From assembly GCA_038321985.1 (NCBI GenBank), contig JBBQFN010000004.1:224001-288000 (forward strand): a stretch of DNA of 64,000 nt, given 5' to 3'. Of this stretch, positions 52,192 through 60,931 are shown one piece after another. Within the stretch, counting starts at the first letter, position 1. The number at the start of each line of letters is the position of its first letter. Below the pieces are notes generated by a model. That model was not told where the DNA came from and made no database searches. It was given only the letters and a program-made list of their open reading frames with translations. The position numbers and the translations under genes are program-made. Source of the stretch: Cyanophyceae cyanobacterium. Lineage in GTDB: Bacteria > Cyanobacteriota > Cyanobacteriia > Cyanobacteriales > Laspinemataceae.

Positions 52192-54024
52192 TCAATAAAT
52201 AATAGACTCGGAGTTAGGGGTAATAATCATCACCGGTTTTTGATATAGCGGGACGGTAAAGGTTACAGTCGAACCGAGTCCTTCTCCCATGCTATAAAAA
52301 TTAACCTCGCCGCCCATTGATTCGATTAGTTTTTGGGAAATTGCCAGTCCCAATCCTGTCCCCCCATATTGTCTGGTCCGTTCACCATCCACTTGAGAAA
52401 AAGACTGAAATAGTTTATCTTGTTTATCGAGAGAAACGCCGATGCCCGTGTCAGCTACCGCAACGGCGATCGCCCCCGGAAATTCTTGGTTTTGAAAAAA
52501 GACGGGATGATCGATGGGTTCAGCCGTAATGGTAATGCCCCCTTCATGGGTAAACTTAATGGCATTTCCCACTAAATTTAATAAAACTTGTAACAACCGC
52601 TGATAGTTACCATAAACAATAATTTCATCTTCCGTTAGAGGCTTATGAACTTGAAAATTTAATTTTTTTTGCTGCATCTGAATGCGGGCATGATTCTCAA
52701 CTCCGCTTAAGAGTTCATTGAATTTCACTGGACCCAAATCGAGTTCCATCTTGCCTGCTTCAATTTTGGCAATATCCAAAATATCATTAATCAAGTTGAG
52801 CAGATGGACGGCACTGCTATAGGCTTCTTTTAAAAATTCTTGCTTTTCTTCTTCATCTTCTGCCATGTCATCCACGACTAACTTAAGGAACCCGATAATG
52901 CCATTGAGGGGGGTCCGAAGTTCATGGGAAGTATTGGCGAGAAACTGACTTTTGATACGGGAAATTTCTTCCGCTTTTAGCCGCGCCTCTTCCAATTCTT
53001 CATAGAGGGTCGCATGAGCGATCGCCGTGCCGACTTGTTCGGCAAGTTCCTGGACTAACTCGATTTCCGCCATACTCCAGGGACGAAACTCCGGTATTGG
53101 TCCCGGTAAAGTTGAGTCGATTGCGAGGTTTTGTTCCCTGAGAATCCCGACGCGATCAAGGCAGATTAACCCATTGGGTCGATCTTGGTAGGACGTTGCC
53201 ACCACCAACATTGACTCGGGCTCGGAGGCGATCGCCTCGTGGGGACCCACCATCAGCGGCGTCTGGGTGAGCAAAACCTGCTTGAGGTAGGGATGCTCGA
53301 ATAGGTCTAGATCTCGACCTTCTAGGGGGGTTAAGGGCTTGTTGAGATACTCTGCCACCACCCTGACTTTTTGGTTGCCGTTCTTGTAGGGACAGATGAT
53401 ACAACGACTCACCCCTAGTGCCAACCCCAGCCCTTTTACCGTTTCACTCCAGATGGTATCCAAGTCTAGGGTGCGCCGGATCTTTCGCGCCATTTCCCCT
53501 AAAAGTTTTTGATAAAGTTCCGAACCCGGAGGCAAAGTCCGGCGAATACTTCCTAAAATGGTGCTGAGCAATTTCTGGTGCAAATCTAAGTGATTCGAGG
53601 CGATCGCCTGGAGATTACTAGATGGCTCGTCCTGTCCCGAAATCAGAGCATTTGGCAGTAACCGCCCTACGGCGAGGACTTCTATCGGTTCACCTTGAGG
53701 TGGGAAAATTGGGCTGATCGCCAGTTCAAATAAAAAGTATTGATCACCATACAAAAATGGATAGCTAAACCGCTCAGGAACTCGGGAGATTAACACTCGC
53801 TCCACCCGTTCTAAATAGGGGGTGATGCTTAAAGGTTTAAAAATATCTCCCACGAAAGTTCCGACGATTTCCTCGGAATTCAACCCGTATTTTTCGCCAT
53901 TTGACCAATAAAATGCTCGATATAAACCCGAGGCATTTTGAGTAAATGCCAATTGTGCTCCTAGGGATTTCAACCCGCTAGAATCATTTTTTTCGGGATA
54001 GGCTGGGAGGGTGGTGTCATTCAC
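52192..54024 (-). CDS. PAS-like/GAF sensor histidine kinase
   Basis: N-terminal PAS-like region, GAF, SHELRTPL, NLVGNAIKFT and YGGTGLGL. Confidence 0.92.
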   Translation of the reverse strand: MNDTTLPAYPEKNDSSGLKSLGAQLAFTQNASGLYRAFYWSNGEKYGLNSEEIVGTFVGDIFKPLSITPYLERVERVLISRVPERFSYPFLYGDQYFLFELAISPIFPPQGEPIEVLAVGRLLPNALISGQDEPSSNLQAIASNHLDLHQKLLSTILGSIRRTLPPGSELYQKLLGEMARKIRRTLDLDTIWSETVKGLGLALGVSRCIICPYKNGNQKVRVVAEYLNKPLTPLEGRDLDLFEHPYLKQVLLTQTPLMVGPHEAIASEPESMLVVATSYQDRPNGLICLDRVGILREQNLAIDSTLPGPIPEFRPWSMAEIELVQELAEQVGTAIAHATLYEELEEARLKAEEISRIKSQFLANTSHELRTPLNGIIGFLKLVVDDMAEDEEEKQEFLKEAYSSAVHLLNLINDILDIAKIEAGKMELDLGPVKFNELLSGVENHARIQMQQKKLNFQVHKPLTEDEIIVYGNYQRLLQVLLNLVGNAIKFTHEGGITITAEPIDHPVFFQNQEFPGAIAVAVADTGIGVSLDKQDKLFQSFSQVDGERTRQYGGTGLGLAISQKLIESMGGEVNFYSMGEGLGSTVTFTVPLYQKPVMIITPNSESIIY

Positions 54025-54136
54025 AAGCCGAGGGAAATTATCACCGAATAGGGCATCACCAATGTTTCAAGCCCAACTACTGTTGCACATCCGTTAGGGA
54101 ATTAATAATTGGCCTTAGCGCGATAGGTATCTAGGC

Positions 54137-54367
54137 TCAATCATTCCACTCTCCACGGGGGGGAACGGGGGGATTCCGGGTTAAATTGCGCGTCAATTCA
54201 TCATCACGAGTGGTATCTCCTCGTAACCATTGCCGCAGGGCTGTTTCGATGACTTTGCTCGGATCATTGGTCAAATGACTGACGCGATCGAGCAGTTCAG
54301 GATCGATATGGATTGAAATCTCTACTTTTTCGGGGTTGCGACTATATTGCACAGCCTGATCGTTCAT
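54137..54367 (-). CDS. Small ribbon-helix-helix-like protein
   Basis: KVEISIHIDPELL...SKVIETALRQWL beta-alpha-alpha pattern. Confidence 0.7.
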   Translation of the reverse strand: MNDQAVQYSRNPEKVEISIHIDPELLDRVSHLTNDPSKVIETALRQWLRGDTTRDDELTRNLTRNPPVPPRGEWND

Positions 54368-55028
54368 ACAGTTCTAGATTTTTAAACTTGAGTAAAGGTT
54401 ACACGGCTTATGGGAGTATCGGAGTGCCGGTCTACAATTCGAGTCCTCTGCACTTGATCGGGCCCTTGGAGTCGGCATTGAACAAGTGCAGGAGCGCTCT
54501 GGTGCATCAGTCCTAAAGAAGACCTGAGACTGATTCTATCTATTGTACGACGCTGCTTCCAATCTATCTACTTAGATTGACCCATCTGGGAGGATAACGG
54601 CATGATTCCTCTGGGTTGTAGCTAGGAGCGAGGGTTGGCGATCGCCTCGGGGCTAACCTTTTTTGTAGCGAAAGCGATTACTAGGCTTTATTCGCCCCCT
54701 AACCCGCCTCGGAAAGCTAACCCTTACGCGGTCGGGTGGTGTTTAGAGCCTGCATCATGGGAATGGGTCATAGTGGTTTCAGAGTATCGATCGTATCACA
54801 GAATCAAAGGCTGTCAATCACAGCGGACGAAATGCGATCGCTCGATCGCAGAACAGAAACTGCTTAACCCGGGACCATCTCGGCCCGAAAAGTATTAAAA
54901 TGTGTTAAGAAATAGGGTAAAGGCAAGGAAATCGCCGGGGTCTACAGTGACCGGGGGTGACCACCCTTGTTAAGACCGCATTGCCCATTTCATCCGAAGC
55001 CTATCGCGCCGATAACTGACAAAAGCGT

Positions 55029-56840
55029 ATGACCGACGTTCCTGTATCTCGCATTCGTAATTTTTCAATCATTGCTCATATCGACCACGGAAAATCCACC
55101 TTGGCCGACCGTCTCCTCCAGGTGACTGGCACGGTGGAACAGCGGGCTATGAAGCAACAGTTCCTAGATAACATGGAACTAGAACGGGAGCGCGGCATTA
55201 CGATCAAGCTGCAAGCGGCCCGGATGAACTATCGGGCAAAAGACGGTGAAAAATATGTCCTTAACCTGATCGATACCCCCGGACACGTCGATTTTTCCTA
55301 CGAAGTATCCCGCTCCCTAGCGGCTTGTGAAGGGGCGCTGCTGGTGGTGGATGCCTCCCAAGGCGTAGAAGCCCAAACTTTAGCTAACCTTTACCTAGCC
55401 CTGGAATACGATTTAGCCATTATCCCGGTTCTGAATAAGATTGACCTACCGGGAGCAGAACCAGAACGGGTTAAAGAAGAAATTGAACAAATTATTGGTT
55501 TAGATTGTTCCGATGCAATTCTAACTTCAGCTAAAGAAGGAATCGGCATTGATGAGATTTTAGAGGCGATCGTCAAGCGGATTCCCGCGCCAAAAGATAC
55601 GGTAAACCAACCCCTACGAGCGCTAATTTTCGATAGTTATTATGATGCTTATCGCGGAGCGATCGCTTATTTTCGGGTGATGGATGGGACCCTGAAAAAA
55701 GGCGATCGCGTCCGGCTGATGGTCGCTGGGAAGGAATACGATGCGGACGAAATTGGCGTACTCTCCCCCACCCAACAACCCCTAGACGAACTTCATGCCG
55801 GGGAAGTGGGGTATCTCGCAGCAGCCATCAAAACCGTAGAAGATGCCCGGGTCGGCGATACGATTACCCTGGCGCAAAACCCAGCCCAAACCCCCCTCCC
55901 CGGCTACACTGAAGCCAATCCCATGGTCTTCTGTGGACTCTTTCCCACGGATGCGGACCAATTTGAGGACCTGCGCGAAGCCCTCCAACGCCTCAAACTC
56001 AACGATGCCTCCCTTTCTTATGAACCGGAAACTTCCAGCGCGATGGGGTTTGGCTTCCGCTGCGGATTCTTAGGGCTCCTGCACATGGAAATCGTCCAGG
56101 AACGCCTAGAACGGGAGTATGACCTGGATTTAATCACCACCGCGCCCTCGGTGGTTTATCTGGTCACCAAAATTAACGGTGAAAAGGTCTACGTTGATAA
56201 TCCCAGTCTATTACCCGGTCCCCAAGAACGGGAAAAAATCGAGGAACCTTATGTGCGGGTGGAGATGATTACTCCAGAAACGTACGTGGGGGCTTTGATG
56301 GAACTCTGTCAGACTCGGCGTGGGGAGTTTACGGATATGAAATACCTCACCCCGGAACGGACTACTCTGGTGTACGAGTTGCCGTTGGCGGAGGTGGTGA
56401 CCGACTTTTTTGATCAGATGAAGTCGCGATCGCGCGGGTATGCCAGCATGGAATATCACGTCATCGGCTATCGGGAGAATCCTCTAGTACGGATGGATAT
56501 TCTGATTAAAAACGACCTCGTAGATGCTCTGGCGATGATTGTCCATCGTGATAAAGCCTATGTGATGGGACGCGCCTTAGTAGAAAAACTCAAGGAACTG
56601 ATCCCCCGGCATCAATTTAAGGTCCCTCTCCAGGCTTCAATTGGCTCTCGGGTAATTGCCAGCGAAAATATTCCCGCCCTGCGGAAGGATGTATTGGCAA
56701 AATGTTATGGCGGCGACATTTCCCGGAAAAAGAAACTGCTGAAAAAACAAGCCAAGGGTAAGAAACGCCTCAAGGCGATCGGGACGGTGGATGTTCCCCA
56801 AGAAGCATTTATGGCAGTCCTCAAGCTCGATCGCACTTAA
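55029..56840 (+). CDS. lepA: Elongation factor 4
   Basis: [29 protein letters not shown] and KCYGGD motifs. Confidence 0.98.
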   Translation: MTDVPVSRIRNFSIIAHIDHGKSTLADRLLQVTGTVEQRAMKQQFLDNMELERERGITIKLQAARMNYRAKDGEKYVLNLIDTPGHVDFSYEVSRSLAACEGALLVVDASQGVEAQTLANLYLALEYDLAIIPVLNKIDLPGAEPERVKEEIEQIIGLDCSDAILTSAKEGIGIDEILEAIVKRIPAPKDTVNQPLRALIFDSYYDAYRGAIAYFRVMDGTLKKGDRVRLMVAGKEYDADEIGVLSPTQQPLDELHAGEVGYLAAAIKTVEDARVGDTITLAQNPAQTPLPGYTEANPMVFCGLFPTDADQFEDLREALQRLKLNDASLSYEPETSSAMGFGFRCGFLGLLHMEIVQERLEREYDLDLITTAPSVVYLVTKINGEKVYVDNPSLLPGPQEREKIEEPYVRVEMITPETYVGALMELCQTRRGEFTDMKYLTPERTTLVYELPLAEVVTDFFDQMKSRSRGYASMEYHVIGYRENPLVRMDILIKNDLVDALAMIVHRDKAYVMGRALVEKLKELIPRHQFKVPLQASIGSRVIASENIPALRKDVLAKCYGGDISRKKKLLKKQAKGKKRLKAIGTVDVPQEAFMAVLKLDRT

Positions 56841-56897
56841 AACTGTGAGGTTTAAGGATTTTATAACAAAACGTAAAGTTTTAAATAACTTTGCTTC

Positions 56898-56924
56898 AAA
56901 AGCGCCGGAAACGGCGCTTTTTTT
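56898..56924 (+). terminator. Intrinsic terminator of lepA
   Basis: AAAAGCGCCG-GAAA-CGGCGCTTTTTTT. Confidence 0.9.
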
Positions 56925-57006
56925 GTTATTTTAAGAAAGAATTTACTCAACTGCCATATTTTTATCCGATGGCTCTGTCCTCTCTAACTCTAAGTAGCTT
57001 ACAAGT

Positions 57007-57939
57007 ATGAGAATATTGGTTACAGGTGGTGCCGGTTTTATTGGTTCCCATCTCATCGATCGGTTAATGGCCCAAGGTCATGATGTATTATGCTTGGATA
57101 ACTTTTTTACGGGCGATAAGCGCAACATCAGTAAATGGTTAGGAAACCCCTATTTTGAATTAATTCGCCACGACGTCACCGAACCGATTCGGTTAGAAGT
57201 GGAGCAGATCTATCATTTAGCTTGTCCTGCATCGCCGGTTCACTACCAGTACAATCCGGTAAAAACAATTAAAACCAACGTCATTGGCACGATGAATATG
57301 TTGGGACTCGCCAAGCGAGTTAAGGCCAGACTTTTAATGGCTTCTACTTCTGAAGTCTATGGCGACCCTGATGTGCATCCCCAAACGGAAGACTATCGCG
57401 GAAATGTTAATACGATCGGCATTCGGAGTTGTTACGACGAAGGAAAACGAGTCGCTGAAACCTTGTGTTTTGATTACCACCGTCAAAATAATGTAGACAT
57501 TCGGGTAGCTCGAATTTTTAACACATTCGGGTCAAGAATGTTAGAAAATGATGGACGAGTCGTGAGCAATTTTGTCGTTCAAGCCTTGCGAGGAATTCCC
57601 TTAACCGTATATGGAGATGGTTCGCAAACCCGGAGTTTCTGCTATGTTTCTGACTTAGTAGAAGGCTTAATGCGGTTGATGAATGGAGAGCATATCGGCC
57701 CGATTAATTTGGGAAATCCGGATGAATACACTATTTTACAATTGGCAGAAAAAATCCAAAAGATGGTAAATCCGGATGCGGACATTCAATTTAAGCCCCT
57801 CCCCCAAGACGACCCTCGCCAGCGGCAACCGGATATCACCCTCGCGAAGACTTGGCTAGGATGGGAGCCACAGGTGCACGTAGATGAAGGATTAAAATTG
57901 ACTATAGAAGATTTTCGCAGCCGCCTGATATCTCAGTAA
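57007..57939 (+). CDS. UDP-glucuronate decarboxylase (UDP-xylose synthase)
   Basis: [22 protein letters not shown] and YDEGK motifs. Confidence 0.93.
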   Translation: MRILVTGGAGFIGSHLIDRLMAQGHDVLCLDNFFTGDKRNISKWLGNPYFELIRHDVTEPIRLEVEQIYHLACPASPVHYQYNPVKTIKTNVIGTMNMLGLAKRVKARLLMASTSEVYGDPDVHPQTEDYRGNVNTIGIRSCYDEGKRVAETLCFDYHRQNNVDIRVARIFNTFGSRMLENDGRVVSNFVVQALRGIPLTVYGDGSQTRSFCYVSDLVEGLMRLMNGEHIGPINLGNPDEYTILQLAEKIQKMVNPDADIQFKPLPQDDPRQRQPDITLAKTWLGWEPQVHVDEGLKLTIEDFRSRLISQ

Positions 57940-58211
57940 CCGAATGGGGTAGTCTCTTCATAGGAGAATCCTCAACCTATCTTCGGCAGGGATTCTCCGG
58001 AACGGGTTAGAGTAGAATCACGATTAGCCTAGGGTGCAGCATACAAAATTGGGACTAAAGGAAGGAGAGGGAAAGCCAAAATAAGCGATCGCCTAAAATT
58101 GAAAGTTAGGATGAAATTAAGATTTCGCAAGCATTTCTACCGGCCTCTTTTTCAAGGGATATCCTTTCTTCTTCCGAGTACAGAATTCTATAATTTGCAG
58201 GAGATACCTTT

Positions 58212-59591
58212 ATGCGGGTTTGTGTTATTGGTACGGGATACGTTGGCTTAGTTACAGGAGCTTGTTTAGCCTACGTCGGTCATCATGTGATCTGTGTTGA
58301 CAATAACGAAGAAAAAGTCAAATTGATGAAATCTGGACGGTCCCCGATTTACGAACCAGGACTGTCTGAAATCATGCAGGAGTCCTCTGAAGCCGGACGC
58401 TTAGAATTCACCACCGACTTACAATATGGCGTCTCCCACGGGGAGATTTTATTCATTGCCGTAGGTACGCCACCCCTCCCCACCGGAGAAAGTGATACCC
58501 GTTATGTAGAAGCCGTAGCGCGAGGCATCGGTGCTCATCTGGATAAAGGCTATAAAGTCATTGTAAACAAATCTACAGTACCCATCGGTTCTGGGGACTG
58601 GGTACGAATGATTGTCCTAGATGGTGTTACGGAACGTCATCAAGCTGAAGGCAGTAAAGACGAAACTGCTAAAAAACTCGGTGTGGAATTTGATGTGGTG
58701 AGCAATCCCGAATTTCTGCGGGAAGGGTCGGCAGTTTATGACACCTTTAACCCGGATCGGATTGTGCTGGGTAGCAACAACCCCCGCGCCCTTAAAATGA
58801 TGGAAGAACTTTATCAACCCGTCATTCAGCGCAAGTTTGCAGAAGACCCTTCCTTACCGCCGGTTCCTGTCGTGTTCACGGACATCAGTTCAGCGGAAAT
58901 GATTAAGTATGCTGCCAATGCATTCTTAGCGACTAAAATCAGTTTTATCAACGAAATCGCCAACGTTTGCGATCGCGTTGGTGCTGATGTCGTTCAAGTT
59001 GCTAAAGGCATGGGTCTCGACTCCCGTATTGGCACCAAATTCTTACAAGCTGGCATCGGTTGGGGGGGGTCTTGTTTCCCCAAAGATGTCTCAGCAATGG
59101 TGCATACTGCCGATGACTATGGCTATGATGCTCAGTTACTCAAAGCGGCGATCGAAGTTAACAAACGTCAGCGTCAAATTGCCATTGAAAAATTGCAGCA
59201 TGAACTAAAAATTCTCAAAGGTAAAACCATCGGATTATTAGGGTTAACCTTCAAACCGGATACGGACGATATGCGCGATGCACCGGCGCTAAATTTAATC
59301 GAACAACTCAACCGTTTGGGTGCGAAAGTGAAAGCCTATGACCCAATTGTTTCTCAAACTGGGATTGGTCAAGGTTTAACTGGGGTATTAGTTGAAACCG
59401 ACCCGGAACGGTTGGCCGATGGTTGTGATGCTTTAGTTCTAGTCACGGACTGGAAGCAATTCCAAACCTTAAATTATGAGAAAATGGCGCAATTGATGAA
59501 CCACCCTGTCATCATTGATGGTCGTAACTTCCTCGATCGCGAAATGCTGCAAAAAGCCGGGTTCCGTTATGTAGGAATTGGACGGTCTTAA
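58212..59591 (+). CDS. ugd: UDP-glucose 6-dehydrogenase
   Basis: GTGYVG, NPEFLREG, GGSCFPKD and FKPDTDDMR motifs. Confidence 0.95.
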   Translation: MRVCVIGTGYVGLVTGACLAYVGHHVICVDNNEEKVKLMKSGRSPIYEPGLSEIMQESSEAGRLEFTTDLQYGVSHGEILFIAVGTPPLPTGESDTRYVEAVARGIGAHLDKGYKVIVNKSTVPIGSGDWVRMIVLDGVTERHQAEGSKDETAKKLGVEFDVVSNPEFLREGSAVYDTFNPDRIVLGSNNPRALKMMEELYQPVIQRKFAEDPSLPPVPVVFTDISSAEMIKYAANAFLATKISFINEIANVCDRVGADVVQVAKGMGLDSRIGTKFLQAGIGWGGSCFPKDVSAMVHTADDYGYDAQLLKAAIEVNKRQRQIAIEKLQHELKILKGKTIGLLGLTFKPDTDDMRDAPALNLIEQLNRLGAKVKAYDPIVSQTGIGQGLTGVLVETDPERLADGCDALVLVTDWKQFQTLNYEKMAQLMNHPVIIDGRNFLDREMLQKAGFRYVGIGRS

Positions 59592-59632
59592 CTCTTAGTT
59601 ATTAACGGGTAGGAGTTGTAAATCTCCTGGGT

Positions 59633-59660
59633 GTAGAGATGCGATGTTTCGCGTCTCTAC
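59633..59660. repeat. GTAG...CTAC REP-like palindrome between convergent genes
   Basis: GTAGAGATGCGA-TGTT-TCGCGTCTCTAC. Confidence 0.75.
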
Positions 59661-59679
59661 GCCGTTTATACCCAATTTT

Positions 59680-60873
59680 TTAACGGAGAAAATTCAACAT
59701 CCAACCGGCGATCGCGCCGCCGAAAACTAGCCAAGCAGCATTGACGCGCCAACCCAAGGCAAAAATAGCGGCGATCGCCGCAATTAAAGCCGCAATCCAA
59801 TCAATTCTTACCAGCGCACTCCATAGCGGCATTCCGATAAAATTAATCCCTAGAGTGCTGATAGCCAATTCAACCGTAACCACCGCCATCAGTGCCACTG
59901 CGCTAACATTAATCGCATCTAAAAAAGCTGAAGTCCATTTGCTTGCGCGCAAGCGTGGAATCCAGGGATTAAGAATTAACACAAACAGAAACGAAGGCAA
60001 AGTAATCCCCAAAGTCGAGACAATTGCACCGGGAAATCCGCCGATAACATACCCGATAAAAGTAGCCGTGGTCAGCAAAGGACCCGGAGTGACTTGACCC
60101 ATTGCCACGGCATCTAATAATTGTTGCTGAGTCAACCAGCCAAATTCATCCACTAATTGACCCTGTAAAAAGGCAATTAATACATAACCACTGCCATATA
60201 AAACGCTACCCACTTTCAAGAAAAATAACCCCAATTTCCACAAGGTAACGGGTTCTGAATTTAGGGTTTTAACCGGAGATAAACTGCTGGGAGTTTGGGA
60301 TAAAACCAACCCAAAAAGCCATGCGTTTAAAGTGGATTCATGACGCCAATTTAACCAAACTGCACCGAATATTCCGCCCAAAAACAAGGCGACTACTTCA
60401 TTAACGCCTAAACCAACAGCAATAGCAGTGGCGATCGCAATCATCAACAATTCCCGAGACTTCACCGCTTTTTTACCTAAGCGCCATACGGCTGCTAAAA
60501 TCACCGCTAAAACTGCCGGTTTAATGCCATACAGAAACGGATTAACCTGGGGTAATTCTCCAAACTGAACATATCCCCACGCCAAAGCTGCTGTCATCAA
60601 CACCGCAGGGACAACAAAACAAGTCCCCGCCACAATTAATCCCAACCCACCGGCATAAATATAGCCAATATGAATCGCCATTTCCGTAGAATTGGGTCCG
60701 GGGATTAAGTTTGTGGCACCTACGAGGTCCAGAAATTGCTCTTGGGTTAGCCATTCTCGCCGATGGACCACTTCATCTTCCATCATGGCAATATGTGCCG
60801 CAGGACCTCCAAACCCAATGATACCGAGTTTGAGAAAAACTTGTGCGAGTTCTGATAGGTGGGAGAGGTTCAT
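59680..60873 (-). CDS. chrA: Chromate efflux transporter (long-chain CHR)
   Basis: GFGGPAAH...PGPNS and YGSGY...TPGP duplicated halves. Confidence 0.92.
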   Translation of the reverse strand: MNLSHLSELAQVFLKLGIIGFGGPAAHIAMMEDEVVHRREWLTQEQFLDLVGATNLIPGPNSTEMAIHIGYIYAGGLGLIVAGTCFVVPAVLMTAALAWGYVQFGELPQVNPFLYGIKPAVLAVILAAVWRLGKKAVKSRELLMIAIATAIAVGLGVNEVVALFLGGIFGAVWLNWRHESTLNAWLFGLVLSQTPSSLSPVKTLNSEPVTLWKLGLFFLKVGSVLYGSGYVLIAFLQGQLVDEFGWLTQQQLLDAVAMGQVTPGPLLTTATFIGYVIGGFPGAIVSTLGITLPSFLFVLILNPWIPRLRASKWTSAFLDAINVSAVALMAVVTVELAISTLGINFIGMPLWSALVRIDWIAALIAAIAAIFALGWRVNAAWLVFGGAIAGWMLNFLR

Positions 60874-60877
60874 TTTT

Positions 60878-60905
60878 AACCACAGATTTCACGGATTTTC
60901 ACGGA
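60878..60905. repeat. 28-nt dispersed repeat (copy 2)
   Basis: AACCACAGATTTCACGGATTTTCACGGA, immediately upstream of the chrA ATG. Confidence 0.8.
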
Positions 60906-60931
60906 TGAAAGAGAGGAGATGGGGACGGAGG

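Noticed and set aside
54137..54367. RHH gene as the antitoxin of a TA system
   Set aside because: No adjacent toxin-like ORF; neighbours are a kinase and lepA.
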